NCBI GenBank assembly: GCA_003135555.1 | Contig: PLCF01000069.1 | Coordinates: 1-47,740, forward strand | Direction: 5' to 3' | Length of the DNA: 47,740 bases | Source of the DNA: Vulcanimicrobiota bacterium | GTDB taxonomy: Bacteria > Vulcanimicrobiota > Vulcanimicrobiia > Vulcanimicrobiales > Vulcanimicrobiaceae | Shown: piece by piece, positions 19,169-29,433 of the stretch | Numbering within the stretch: the first letter of the stretch is position 1 | Layout: each line of letters starts with the position of its first letter | The notes under the pieces: generated by a model | What the model saw: the letters and a program-made list of their open reading frames with translations, nothing else | Told to the model about the DNA's origin: nothing | The model's database searches: none | Position numbers and translations under genes: made by a program

Positions 19169-20401
19169 TCAGCCGCCCGTCCGCACGAAGAGATTCCAGT
19201 ACCACACGCCCCAGGCGCCGACCAGCGACGACCAGCAGATCAGCAGGACGCCCCAGTGCGGCAGCCGCTCGCGCACCCCGATCGCCATGAGCGCAAACAG
19301 GTACGGCAGAAAATCCAGCGCGTGGCGCATCCCGAACTGCACCCAGCCGTTGAGGTAGTACAAGAACTCAGGCGCCGCGACCAGCGCGGTCGTGACCCAC
19401 AGCGCGGTGACGACGTTGCGCGGCGTGCGGGCCAAGAACGCCAACACCAGCGCCGGGCTCGTGAAGGTCAGCGCGATCCCGGTGGTGTCGGGTTTCACGT
19501 ACGGCCACTGCACCTTTTGCAGCCATTCGACCAGCACCGGAGCGCGGAAGAAGAACGAGTAGATTTGGTACGGCACGTACGCGAGCTGGAACGGCGAGCC
19601 GGCCGGTGAGCCCCAGGCGTCGGCGTGGTAGTACACCGTGTGCCCGATGTCGATGACCGTGCCCCACATCAACTCGTCGTAGCCGATGAAAGCGACCGCC
19701 CAGCCCGCCAGCACCGTGCCGAACGCGCGCAGCCGCGCCCAGCGCTGCGCACGCGTCGGCGCGACGCCGCGGAACGCGCCGGTCCACAGCGCCCAGCCAA
19801 AGAGCGGCAGCGCCGCGACCTCGGGGAAACGCGCGCCGCAGGCCAGGACGACGCACAGGCCCACCAGCCAGCCGCGCGACTTTCCGCACAGCTCGACCAA
19901 TGCGGCCAGGATGAACGTGACGGCGCACAGATGCGCGAGGAACCACACGTCGCCGAGTTCGGCGCACCACCACACGTCGGTGCCGGCGACGAAGAACAGC
20001 ACCAGAAAGATCTTGGTCGTCATGTCGGTGACGCCCAGGCGCCCGCACAGCACCCACGCCAGCGCCGCCGCGAGCGCGGCGAACGCGATCGCGACCGTGG
20101 TCTGGTTCGCGTTGTTGCCCCAGATCGCCACGGCCGGGAGCATGAAGATCGCCGGGACCGGGCCGTCGACGCCGTAGTAGTGGCCGTTGTACTGCACGGC
20201 GTCCATCCAGCGACCCGGCCAATCGATCCACATCCGGCCGTGCAGCCAAGCATACGCGACCCGGACATAGTTGTTTTGCTGGGTCGAACGCAGGTGCGAG
20301 CTGGCCAGAATGACGAGAAACGTGGCGACCCCGGTGGTGGCCGGGCCGGCGAACCGGCGCAAGGACACTGCCGTGGTCCGGAAGCGGGACGCGGCGACCA
20401 T
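19169..20401 (-). CDS. Polytopic membrane protein, possibly GT-C-fold glycosyltransferase-like
   Basis: About 10 hydrophobic segments, extracytoplasmic loop with D..YNGHYY..GP.P, C-terminal GWVQFGMRH; start uncertain. Confidence 0.6.
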   Translation of the reverse strand: MVAASRFRTTAVSLRRFAGPATTGVATFLVILASSHLRSTQQNNYVRVAYAWLHGRMWIDWPGRWMDAVQYNGHYYGVDGPVPAIFMLPAVAIWGNNANQTTVAIAFAALAAALAWVLCGRLGVTDMTTKIFLVLFFVAGTDVWWCAELGDVWFLAHLCAVTFILAALVELCGKSRGWLVGLCVVLACGARFPEVAALPLFGWALWTGAFRGVAPTRAQRWARLRAFGTVLAGWAVAFIGYDELMWGTVIDIGHTVYYHADAWGSPAGSPFQLAYVPYQIYSFFFRAPVLVEWLQKVQWPYVKPDTTGIALTFTSPALVLAFLARTPRNVVTALWVTTALVAAPEFLYYLNGWVQFGMRHALDFLPYLFALMAIGVRERLPHWGVLLICWSSLVGAWGVWYWNLFVRTGG

Positions 20402-20464
20402 CTTCGGCGCCCTCGATTCGGCCGAACGTAACCGCGGCCCCGCCGCGGTGGTAGAAAGGATGCG

Positions 20465-21142
20465 ATGTACCAACCACGCTCACCCTACGGCAGCTCCCCC
20501 GCGGGGGGTCCGCCCTATGGCTCCCAAGCCGGTAGCGTCCCCGGCCTGCTCGGCCAGGTCATGGGGATCACCGGCGTCGGTTTCCTGATCACCGCGACGG
20601 CGGCGTACGTATTTCGCGGTATCTCGCCGATCGGCGGCTTGATCGCGTTTTTCGCCGGGTTCGCCATCCTGTTCGTGATGAACTCAGTGCGCGAGAGCCC
20701 GCAGGTGGCGCTGCTGTGGTTCTACGCCTTCACGTTCCTCGAAGGGGTGGGTCTCGCGCCCACGATCGCCCGCTACGCGAACGCCGTCGGCCCCGACGTC
20801 GTCGTGAGCGCGGCTGCGACGACCGGATTCGGCATGCTCGTGCTGGGCGGCGTGGCGTTCGTGTTCTCGATCGATTGGCGGCGCTTCAGCGGCATCGCCT
20901 TCGGTGCGCTGATCGCCCTGATCATCGTCGGACTCGTCTCGGCGTTCACCAACTGGGTGCACCCGACCACGTACTCCTGGCTCGTGCTGGGCGTGTTCAC
21001 GCTGCTGACCTTGGTGGACTTCAGCCGCATTCGTGCCGGCGGCGGCGGTTCGACGCCGGTGGAGCTCGCCGTCGCGATCTACCTCGACGCGATCAACATC
21101 TTCCTCGCCTTGCTCCGTCTGTTCGGTTCGCGCCGGGGTTAA
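20465..21142 (+). CDS. Bax inhibitor-1/YccA family membrane protein
   Basis: About 7 TM; C-terminal AIYLDAINIFLALLRL. Confidence 0.88.
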   Translation: MYQPRSPYGSSPAGGPPYGSQAGSVPGLLGQVMGITGVGFLITATAAYVFRGISPIGGLIAFFAGFAILFVMNSVRESPQVALLWFYAFTFLEGVGLAPTIARYANAVGPDVVVSAAATTGFGMLVLGGVAFVFSIDWRRFSGIAFGALIALIIVGLVSAFTNWVHPTTYSWLVLGVFTLLTLVDFSRIRAGGGGSTPVELAVAIYLDAINIFLALLRLFGSRRG

Positions 21143-21186
21143 CCGAACCGGGCTGATTCTCGGAGCCTGCGGCGAAGACGACGGAG

Positions 21187-22635
21187 ATGGCCCGGGCGTA
21201 CGACGAGCAAGCGGTTGAACCGGCGGGCGACGTCCTTCATGAGGCGTGCGGGATAACCGGGATCTACGCACCAGGCGACGACGTCGCCCGGCTTGCCTAC
21301 TTCGGCCTGTACGCGCTGCAGCACCGCGGTCAAGAGAGCGCCGGCCTCGCGGTCGGCAACGGTCGCGACATCGACAGCCATCGCGAGATGGGCTTGATCG
21401 CCGGCGTTTTCGACGAGGAAACGCTGGGCCGCATGAGCGGCGACGTCGCGATCGGTCACACGCGCTACTCGACCACCGGCAGCTCGGCGATCGTGAACGC
21501 ACAGCCGTTCATCGAGCACACGGACCTGGGTCCGTTCGCCTTCGGCCACAACGGCAACCTCACCAACGCCGACGACCTCGCGGCGCTCCTGCCCGAGGAC
21601 GTGCGGCTCAGCGCGACGTCTGATTCGGAGATTCTGGCCAAGACGATCGCGCGCAGCGACGGTGTGACCTGGACCGACAAGATCATGGCGGCGATGCGCA
21701 TCGCCGAGGGCGCGTACTCGGTGGTGATGTGCACGCGCGACGCCGTCTACGCGTTCCGCGATCCGTGGGGCGTGCGGCCGCTGTGTATCGGCACCTATGG
21801 CGACCACGGCTACATGGTCGCTTCGGAGTCGTGCGCGCTGGCGACCGTCGGAGCACACTACCTGCGCGAGATCTCGGCCGGCGAAGTGGTGTGCATCGAC
21901 GCCCGCGGGATTCGTACCGAGCATACCGAGGTCCTCAAACCCGCGTCGCTGTGCATGTTCGAGTACATCTACTTCGCGCGACCCGACAGCGTGTTGAGCG
22001 GACGTTCGATCTACATGGCGCGCTACGAGATGGGGCGCGCGCTTGCGCGCGAACATCCCGTCCCTGGCGACGTCGTCATGGCGGTGCCCGACAGCGCGAT
22101 CCCCGGCGGGATCGGGTACGCCGCCGAGAGCGGGATCCCGTACGTCGAAGGACTGATCAAGAACCGGTACATCGGGCGCACGTTCATCAGCCCCGACCAG
22201 AAGATGCGCAGCCAGGGCGTGCAGCTCAAGTTCAATCCGATCGTCGAGAACCTGCGTGGGCAGCGCGTCATCGTCGTCGACGACTCCATCGTGCGCGGGA
22301 CCACCACGCCGCGCATCGTCTCGCTGCTCCGTGACGCCGGCGCGCGCGAGGTCCATCTGCGCATCACCTCGCCGCCGATCGTGCATCCGTGCTATCTGGG
22401 CGTCGACATGGCCACCTACGACGAGCTCATCGCTGCGAACTTGACCGTGGCGCAGATCTGCGACCGGGTCGGCGCCGATTCGCTGGGCTACCTCAGCATC
22501 GAGAACCTGGTCGACTCGACCGGACGCGATCGGACCGATTTCTGCCTGGGCTGCCTCAACGGCCGGTATCCGAGCCGCCCCGCCTCGTCGCAGAGCGTCC
22601 CCCAAGCCGACCGCCAGCCCGCCCTCAAGGCCTGA
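21187..22635 (+). CDS. purF: Amidophosphoribosyltransferase (propeptide, Fe-S type)
   Basis: HEACG, LQHRGQESAG, GHTRYST, HNGNLTN, VVDDSIVRGTT, Cys ligands CMFE/HPCY/CLGC. Confidence 0.97.
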   Translation: MARAYDEQAVEPAGDVLHEACGITGIYAPGDDVARLAYFGLYALQHRGQESAGLAVGNGRDIDSHREMGLIAGVFDEETLGRMSGDVAIGHTRYSTTGSSAIVNAQPFIEHTDLGPFAFGHNGNLTNADDLAALLPEDVRLSATSDSEILAKTIARSDGVTWTDKIMAAMRIAEGAYSVVMCTRDAVYAFRDPWGVRPLCIGTYGDHGYMVASESCALATVGAHYLREISAGEVVCIDARGIRTEHTEVLKPASLCMFEYIYFARPDSVLSGRSIYMARYEMGRALAREHPVPGDVVMAVPDSAIPGGIGYAAESGIPYVEGLIKNRYIGRTFISPDQKMRSQGVQLKFNPIVENLRGQRVIVVDDSIVRGTTTPRIVSLLRDAGAREVHLRITSPPIVHPCYLGVDMATYDELIAANLTVAQICDRVGADSLGYLSIENLVDSTGRDRTDFCLGCLNGRYPSRPASSQSVPQADRQPALKA

Positions 22636-22709
22636 GCCGCCCCCGCGGCACCTGTCACACTCGGACGCTTGCCCTCACGGCGGCCCGACCGCGTGCCGAT
22701 TACCGGGGC

Positions 22710-23264
22710 ATGACCCACAGCGGGCTGCTGGCATTCGCGCGCCGAGTGCATCGCTTCGAAGACCGGGAAACCGCGCTCGAGCTCGTCGTGGACGAGGTCG
22801 CCAGCGCGACGCGAGCCGCCTGGGTGGCCGCCTACACGCGCGACTCGCACGGCGGATTCTCCCGCGGCGCCGCAGCCGGAGAGGTCCCCTTCGGTTCGCC
22901 CGACCGCGTCGCCGAGAACGATCCGGTCCTCGTCGCCTTGCAGGCCAAACGCGATGCGATCGACGCGCCCAAGAGTTCGCTGTTGGCCGGGACCGTCGTG
23001 CTGCCGTTCGTCACGGCCGACGGCATCGTCGGGCTGCTCGACGTCGGGCCGGCCGTCGAACCCTACTCCGAAGCGACGCGGGGCGCCCTGGCGGCGGTCG
23101 CCAACGCCGTTGGCCTGGCGCTGGCGATCCTGGACGGACGGTCGATGCGCAAGGACCTCGAGCGCTGGCGCGACCGGGCGGAGCTGGCCGAGCGCGAGCT
23201 GACGGTACTCCATCACGCCCTGAGCGGGGCGAGTCAGTCCGCCGCCTGGTACTCCGAAGGCTGA
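22710..23264 (+). CDS. GAF-like domain protein with C-terminal coiled coil
   Basis: LPFV...IVGLLDVG...YSEATRGALAAVA GAF-like pattern. Confidence 0.55.
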   Translation: MTHSGLLAFARRVHRFEDRETALELVVDEVASATRAAWVAAYTRDSHGGFSRGAAAGEVPFGSPDRVAENDPVLVALQAKRDAIDAPKSSLLAGTVVLPFVTADGIVGLLDVGPAVEPYSEATRGALAAVANAVGLALAILDGRSMRKDLERWRDRAELAERELTVLHHALSGASQSAAWYSEG

Positions 23265-23346
23265 TCCGGGAGCACCGGATCGGCGACCGGTCCGGACGGG
23301 CTTTGTTCGGGCGCGTCGGGATCGGGGATGACGGGCTCTTGCGGGT

Positions 23347-24879
23347 TCACGCGACGGCTGAGGTCGCCGCGCCGTGCGCGACGCCGTTGCTCGACACGCC
23401 GTTCTTCGCGAAGTCCTCGACGATCGAGACGAAGGCACGCACCGGCGTGCCGGTCGGGCCCTTGGCCATGAACGCGGACTCGTTCTCGAGGTAGGCGGTG
23501 CCGGCGACGTCGAGATGGATCCACGGCGTGTCGCCGACGAAGGCTTTGAGAAACGCGCCGGCCGTCTCCGCGCCGCCCGCCCGGCCGCCGGTGTTCTTGA
23601 GGTCGGCGATGTCGCTCTTGATCTGCGTGTCGAAATCCGGGTACAGCGGCAGGCGCCAGTAGCGCTCGCCGCAATCCGCGACGACGCCCAGGAAACGCTC
23701 GACGAACGTGTCGTCGTTGGACATCGCGCCGCTCGCGGCGTGGCCCAACGCGACCACGCACGCGCCGGTGAGCGTCGCCGCGTCGATGATCTTCGTCGCC
23801 CCCAACGTCTTGGCGTAGCACAGCGCGTCGGCCAGGATCAGGCGGCCTTCGGCGTCGGTGTTGATGACCTCGATCGTCTTGCCGTTCATCGCCCGCAGGA
23901 TGTCGCCGGGCTTCATGGCGCGATGGCCGGGCAGATTTTCCGACGACGGCACGAGTCCGATCACGTTGCACTTCGGACGCAGTTTGCCGATCGCCCACAG
24001 CGCCGCGATCACGCCGGCGCCGCCGGACATGTCGTACTTCATCTCGTGCATGTTTTCGGCCGGCTTGATCGAGATGCCGCCGCTGTCGAAGGTCAGGCCC
24101 TTGCCGACCAGTGCCAGCGTCTCGCTCGACGAGGGATCGCCTTTGTAGGTGAGGACGCTGAGCGTCGCAGGCTCGTCGGAGCCGCGCGAGACCCCCAGCA
24201 GCGATCCCATCCCCAGCTCGAGCATGCGGTCTTCGTCGAGCACGTCGAACCCGAGCCCGGCGTCGGCGGCGAGCTCTTTCGCGCGCGCCGCCATGTGTGT
24301 CGGCGTCATGTCGTTGGCGGGGGTCAGCGCCATGCGGCGCGCGGCGTTGACGGCCTCGCCGATCACGGCGCCGCGGCGGGCGCCCTCTTCGAGCGCAGCC
24401 GCGTCGTACGCACCGGCTAGGATGGTGACGTCGGTCGTGACGACCGGCTTGTCGGCTTCGCTGCGATAGATCGTCGTGTCGACGATCGCCGTGGTCGCGC
24501 CCTCGGCGACGAACGATGCGGCCGCGCCGGGATCGACGCCGTCCGGCAGCGCGAAGGCGATCGATTTGACGCCGCGCTTGCCCAGATGGCGGACCGCGGT
24601 CCCGGCGTATTTCGCCAGCGCCGATGCGGTGAGTTTGCCGCGCTCGCCCAGACCGACCACGAGCACGCGCTTGAACGGCGCGTCCTTGGCATGCACCAGC
24701 GAGGTCTCGTTCGGCTTGCCGGTGATCTCGCCGCCCGCCAGGATGTCGGCGATCGCGCCGCCGAGCACGGCGTCAACCTCGGCCGCAGCGCCGGCGCCGG
24801 CGTCACCCACGAACACCGGTACGACGAGCGCGCCGGTTACGACTGACGCGGCCGCATCGTTCGAGACATGGACCTGCAT
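23347..24879 (-). CDS. pepA: Leucyl aminopeptidase (M17)
   Basis: VGKGLTFDSGG, MKYDMSGG, NTDAEGRL, TLTGA, WIHLDVAG. Confidence 0.95.
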   Translation of the reverse strand: MQVHVSNDAAASVVTGALVVPVFVGDAGAGAAAEVDAVLGGAIADILAGGEITGKPNETSLVHAKDAPFKRVLVVGLGERGKLTASALAKYAGTAVRHLGKRGVKSIAFALPDGVDPGAAASFVAEGATTAIVDTTIYRSEADKPVVTTDVTILAGAYDAAALEEGARRGAVIGEAVNAARRMALTPANDMTPTHMAARAKELAADAGLGFDVLDEDRMLELGMGSLLGVSRGSDEPATLSVLTYKGDPSSSETLALVGKGLTFDSGGISIKPAENMHEMKYDMSGGAGVIAALWAIGKLRPKCNVIGLVPSSENLPGHRAMKPGDILRAMNGKTIEVINTDAEGRLILADALCYAKTLGATKIIDAATLTGACVVALGHAASGAMSNDDTFVERFLGVVADCGERYWRLPLYPDFDTQIKSDIADLKNTGGRAGGAETAGAFLKAFVGDTPWIHLDVAGTAYLENESAFMAKGPTGTPVRAFVSIVEDFAKNGVSSNGVAHGAATSAVA

Positions 24880-24998
24880 GGATTCCTCCGGGAGAACAGA
24901 AGCGGTCGGGCGACCGTGAAGCACAACCTGTTCGCGATTACGCACGACCGGTGGCTCGGCCCTCCGGTTTCACGGCGCTTCGCCCAGGGCAGGGCGGC

Positions 24999-26015
24999 GT
25001 GAGCGACCGGTACGCGCGCGCGGGGGTCGACATCGACGCGGGCAACCTCGCGGTCCAGCGCTACCGCGACGTGACGGCCGGTTGGATGCATCCCGACCAA
25101 CTCGGCTCCCTGGGCGGATTCAGCGGGTTGTTCCGGCTCCCGGGCGACGCGAAGCGCGTGCTGGTCGGGTCGACCGACGGCGTCGGGACCAAAATCCTCA
25201 TCGCCGCGGCGCTGCGCCGCTACGACGGGGTGGGCGCCGACCTGGTCAACCACTGTGTGAACGACATCCTGGTGACCGGCGCGGACCCGTTGTTCTTTCT
25301 GGACTATCTGGCCGTCGGCAAGCTCGATCCCGAGGTGGCGGCGCTCATCGTCTCGGGCGTGCACCGGGCCTGTCGCGCGAACGGCTGCGCGCTGCTGGGC
25401 GGTGAAACGGCCGAGATGCCCGGCGTCTACCGGCCCGACCACTTCGATCTGGCCGGCACGATCGTGGGGCTGGTCGACCTCGACGCGATCCCCGACCCCA
25501 ATCGCGTCGCCGCCGGCGACGCGATCGTCGGTTTGCCCGCCGTGGGGCTGCACACCAACGGCTACACGCTCGCGCGAGCGCTCATCGCCGAGGACGAGTA
25601 CGGCTTGCCGTTCGGTGATGCGACCTACGGTGACGCGCTGCTCGCACCGCATCCGTCGTATCTGGACGCGGTGCGCGCGATCCGCGCCGTCGCCGACGTG
25701 AAGTCGATGGCGCACATCACCGGCGGCGGCTTGCTCGAGAACGTCCCGCGCACGCTTCCGGATCATGCGGCGGCGGTTTTCGAACCGGCGCGCTGGCCGG
25801 TGCCGGCGATCATGACGGAGCTGGTGCGGCGCGGCGAGCTCGGGCACGAGGAGCGTTACCGCACGCTCAACATGGGGATCGGCTACACCCTCATCGTCAC
25901 CATCACCGAAGTCGACAAGGCGCTCGCGGCGGCTCCCGGAGCGCGCGTGGTCGGCTTCGTGCAACCGCGCGCCGAGGGTGAACCGCGGGTGATCGTGCGC
26001 CCCGCGCGCCGCTGA
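24999..26015 (+). CDS. purM: AIR synthase
   Basis: YARAGVDI, STDGVGTK, GGETAEMPG, GLHTNGY, AHITGGG, LNMGIG. Confidence 0.96.
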   Translation: MSDRYARAGVDIDAGNLAVQRYRDVTAGWMHPDQLGSLGGFSGLFRLPGDAKRVLVGSTDGVGTKILIAAALRRYDGVGADLVNHCVNDILVTGADPLFFLDYLAVGKLDPEVAALIVSGVHRACRANGCALLGGETAEMPGVYRPDHFDLAGTIVGLVDLDAIPDPNRVAAGDAIVGLPAVGLHTNGYTLARALIAEDEYGLPFGDATYGDALLAPHPSYLDAVRAIRAVADVKSMAHITGGGLLENVPRTLPDHAAAVFEPARWPVPAIMTELVRRGELGHEERYRTLNMGIGYTLIVTITEVDKALAAAPGARVVGFVQPRAEGEPRVIVRPARR

Positions 26016-26024
26016 GCGCGCCGC

Positions 26025-27152
26025 GTGCCGGTCAACTTGCTCGCGGCGCTGGGTGACGAGCGCTACGGCGCGAGCGCCTTGGCACGCGCGCTCGACCTCG
26101 CCGCGCGGGCCGGATTCACGTTGCGGCGCGTCGACGGTCCGCACGACGACCGGCTCGCCGCCTGGATCGATCTGCATTTCGCGCCGTCATGGTGGTCGTA
26201 CGAAGCTCGCGCCGGCAGCGCGTGGGTTGCCGAGCATGACGGTGAGATCGCGGGCTTCGCGGCGTTCGGCGCGCGCGGGTTGCGTTTCAGGTGGCTGCGC
26301 GCGTGGCGCGACCGTCCCGACGTCGGCATCTTCGGACCCTACGGCGTAGCCCAGGCGCAGCGGGGCTGCGGTATCGGCGACGCGTTGCTCACCGCAGCGC
26401 TGTGCAGCCTGCGCGAGATGGGGTATGCGTTCGCGCTGATCCCGGCGGTCGGCGGCGAGCGGCTCATCGCAACCTACATCCGCCGCACCGGCGCCGCGGT
26501 GGTGGAGGAATTCGGGTACGACGCCGGTCGTTTCCGGGCCACCATCCTGGCTTCCGGCGCCGGGACCAACGCGCGCAACGTGCTCGAGCGCGCGCGTGAC
26601 GGTAGCCTTCCCGTCGACGTCGCCGCGGTGATCGTGAATCGTCCCGCTACCGGCGCGGCGGACGCGGCGCGCGCGCACGGCGTCGCGGCGATCGAGCTGG
26701 TCTGGGAGCGGGCCGCCGAGTCGCGCGCCGCGCACGACGCGCGCGTGATCGACGCGCTGGCGCGAACCGAGCCCCAACTCGTGCTGCTGCTGGGCTGGAT
26801 GCATCTGCTCCCGGCCGAGTTCTTCGAGCGCTTCCCGGTCACGCTCAACGTGCACCCGTCGTTTCTGCCGCTCGACCCGGCCGCCGACGAGGTCGTCGCG
26901 CCCGACGGTTCGCTCATCCCGGCGCTGCGCGGCGCGCATGCGCTGCGCGACGCGCTGCGCGACGGCGTCGCGTGGTCGGGCGCGACGGTGCACTACGTGA
27001 CGCAGGCGACGGATCGGGGCGAGGTCCTCGTGCGCGTCCCGGTGGCCGTGGGCGACGCCGCGAGCGAAGCGGCGCTGCTCGCGCGTGTGCGCCCGGCCGA
27101 GTTCGCCGCCGTGCCGGCAGCGATTCGCCGCTGGACGTTCGAAATTGCCTGA
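26025..27152 (+). CDS. purN: Fusion: N-terminal GNAT domain plus C-terminal GAR transformylase (PurN-like)
   Basis: FGPYGV...QRGCGIG (acetyl-CoA motif), then ILASGAGTN, LLGWMHLL, LNVHPSFLP, GATVHYV...DRG. Confidence 0.8.
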   Translation: MPVNLLAALGDERYGASALARALDLAARAGFTLRRVDGPHDDRLAAWIDLHFAPSWWSYEARAGSAWVAEHDGEIAGFAAFGARGLRFRWLRAWRDRPDVGIFGPYGVAQAQRGCGIGDALLTAALCSLREMGYAFALIPAVGGERLIATYIRRTGAAVVEEFGYDAGRFRATILASGAGTNARNVLERARDGSLPVDVAAVIVNRPATGAADAARAHGVAAIELVWERAAESRAAHDARVIDALARTEPQLVLLLGWMHLLPAEFFERFPVTLNVHPSFLPLDPAADEVVAPDGSLIPALRGAHALRDALRDGVAWSGATVHYVTQATDRGEVLVRVPVAVGDAASEAALLARVRPAEFAAVPAAIRRWTFEIA

Positions 27153-27172
27153 CGGGATCGCGGACTAGCAGG

Positions 27173-28174
27173 CTAGGCGAAGCGCAGGTTCGGGTCGGCC
27201 ACGAGGGTGAGCGGGTCGACGCGAGCGACGTCTGCACGGCGCTCCGCGGCGGCGGCGATCATCGCCGCGTTGTCGGTGCAGAAGCGGCGCTCGGGCACGA
27301 ACGCGGGGATACCGCGTCGCTGTGCGAGCGCGAGGAAGGCCGACTGCAGCGTTTGGTTCGCGGCGACGCCGCCGCTGAGCACCAGCGCGGCATAGCTCGC
27401 AGCATCGAGCGCGCGCGCGACGCGGTCGATGAGCACGTCGACCACGGCGGCCTGGAACGATGCCGCGACGTCCGCGCGCCGCGCCCCGTTCCCCGCCTCG
27501 GATTCCAGAAAATAGCGCACCGACGTTTTGAGGCCGGAGAAGCTCATGTCGAGGGTTCCGGGATCGGGGCGGTGGCGGGGGAACGCAAAGGCCTTCGGAT
27601 CGCCGTCGCGGGCGAGCGCCTCGAGCGCCGGGCCGCCCGGGAAGGGAAGGCCGAGCAGCCGCGCCGTCTTGTCGTAGGCCTCGCCAGCGGCGTCGTCGCG
27701 AGTTTTTCCGATCACCCGCAACGCGACCGGCGAGTGCACCTCGACGAGCTGCGAGTGGCCGCCCGAGACCAGCAGCGCGAGAAACGGGTACGGCGGCGGA
27801 TCGTCGCGCTCGAGGAAGGCCGCGAAGAGGTGGCCGTGCAGATGGTTCACCGCGTAGAGCGGCAGCCCGGTCGCGAAGGCGAGGGCCTTGGCCGCGGCGA
27901 CGCCGACGACGAGGCTGCCGATGAGCCCCGGACCGGCGGTTACCGCGATGCCGTCGAGACCGTCGAGCGCGACGCCCGCCCGCGTCAAGGCGTCGTCGAC
28001 CGCCGCCGAGAGCAGCGCTGCGTGGCGCCGCGAGGCGATCTCCGGGACGATCCCGCCGTACTTGGCGTGAAACTCGTCCTGGTTGGTCGAGACGTTGGAG
28101 AGCACGCGCACGCCGTCGCGGACAACCGCGGTCGCGGTGTCGTCGCAGGACGTCTCGATCCCCAGCAGCAGCAC
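27173..28174 (-). CDS. tsaD: tRNA N6-adenosine threonylcarbamoyltransferase
   Basis: LGIETSCDD, GIVPEIASR, NHLHGH, VSGGH, DDAAGEAYDK, TDNAAMIA. Confidence 0.96.
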   Translation of the reverse strand: MLLLGIETSCDDTATAVVRDGVRVLSNVSTNQDEFHAKYGGIVPEIASRRHAALLSAAVDDALTRAGVALDGLDGIAVTAGPGLIGSLVVGVAAAKALAFATGLPLYAVNHLHGHLFAAFLERDDPPPYPFLALLVSGGHSQLVEVHSPVALRVIGKTRDDAAGEAYDKTARLLGLPFPGGPALEALARDGDPKAFAFPRHRPDPGTLDMSFSGLKTSVRYFLESEAGNGARRADVAASFQAAVVDVLIDRVARALDAASYAALVLSGGVAANQTLQSAFLALAQRRGIPAFVPERRFCTDNAAMIAAAAERRADVARVDPLTLVADPNLRFA

Positions 28175-28206
28175 CTTCGAGGTGACTCGTAGCGCGCCGC
28201 GGTCGG

Positions 28207-29421
28207 TTGCGGTATGGTGCTCGGGTGCGCCTCGATCTGCGCTACCTCGCCGTGGGCGCGTGCGGCGGGACCGCGTTTCTGGACATGTATGCGACGCAGC
28301 CGCTGCTGCCGGAGCTGCGCGCGGAGTTCCATACCGGCGAGGCGGCGGTTGGTGCGACGATCTCCGCCCTGACCTTCGCCTGTGCGCTGGCGGCGCCGTT
28401 CGTCGGTCCGCTCGCCGACGCGCTGGGGCGCAAGCGCGTCATCGTGACCGCGATCCTCGGCCTGGCATTGGTCACCTTTGCGGCCGCGGGTGCGACGACG
28501 CTGCACGCGCTGGTCGCGTGGCGCTTCGTGCAGGGCCTCTTCATGCCGGCAGTGTTCGCGGTGACGCTCGCCTACGTCGCCGAGGAGTTCCCACCCTCGA
28601 TCGGGGGCCGCGCGATCGGGGCGTACATCGGCGGCAACGTGCTGGGCGGATTCCTCGGGCGCTACGTCACGGCGCTGATCGCGGGGCGCTGGGACTGGCA
28701 CGCCGCGTTCGTCGTGCTCGGCGCGCTGAACCTCGCCGGCGGTGCGTTCGTGTGGGCGGCGTTGCCGCGGGCGGCACACTTCGTGCGCCAGTCGTCGGCG
28801 AGCGGCGCGGTGCGCGCGGTCGGCCGTTTCGTGCGCGATCCGCTCCTGCTCGCGACGTATGCGGTCGGCAGCAGCGTGCTGTTCTCGCTCGTCGCCACGC
28901 TGACGTTCGTCACCTACCATCTTGCCGCGCCGCCGTTCGGGCTGGGCACCGTTGCGCTGGGCAACGTGTTCTTCGTGTACCTGGTGGCGGTCGTCGCGAC
29001 GCCGCTCGCGGGACGGCTCATCGACCGGCTCGGTCACCGCGTCGCCGTCCTGATCGCGCTCGCGACGAGCGCGAGCGGACTGCTGCTCACGCTGGTTCCG
29101 TCGGTTGCCACGATCGTGACCGGGCTGGGCGTCATGACGACCGGTGTGTTCGCGGCGCAAGCCGCGTCGCAAGGCTACATCGGCGTCGTCGCGCGCGAGC
29201 GCCGCTCGACTGCGGCGGCGCTGTACCTCACGGTGTACTACGTGGGCGGTGGGCTGGGCGCCATCGTACCGGCCGCTGTCTGGGTGCGCGGCGGCTGGCC
29301 CGCGACGGTCGCCCTCGTGTTCGCGGTGCAGGCGTTCGCGGCCGGAATCGCCGCGGTCATGTGGACGCGCCGTAGCCCGCGCGACGCCGAGCTCGATCCG
29401 ATCACCGCGCCCGCCGGGTGA
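28207..29421 (+). CDS. MFS transporter (YnfM-like)
   Basis: YATQPLLP, GPLADALGRKR, about 12 TM. Confidence 0.88.
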   Translation: MRYGARVRLDLRYLAVGACGGTAFLDMYATQPLLPELRAEFHTGEAAVGATISALTFACALAAPFVGPLADALGRKRVIVTAILGLALVTFAAAGATTLHALVAWRFVQGLFMPAVFAVTLAYVAEEFPPSIGGRAIGAYIGGNVLGGFLGRYVTALIAGRWDWHAAFVVLGALNLAGGAFVWAALPRAAHFVRQSSASGAVRAVGRFVRDPLLLATYAVGSSVLFSLVATLTFVTYHLAAPPFGLGTVALGNVFFVYLVAVVATPLAGRLIDRLGHRVAVLIALATSASGLLLTLVPSVATIVTGLGVMTTGVFAAQAASQGYIGVVARERRSTAAALYLTVYYVGGGLGAIVPAAVWVRGGWPATVALVFAVQAFAAGIAAVMWTRRSPRDAELDPITAPAG

Positions 29422-29433
29422 CGCGCTGAACGG

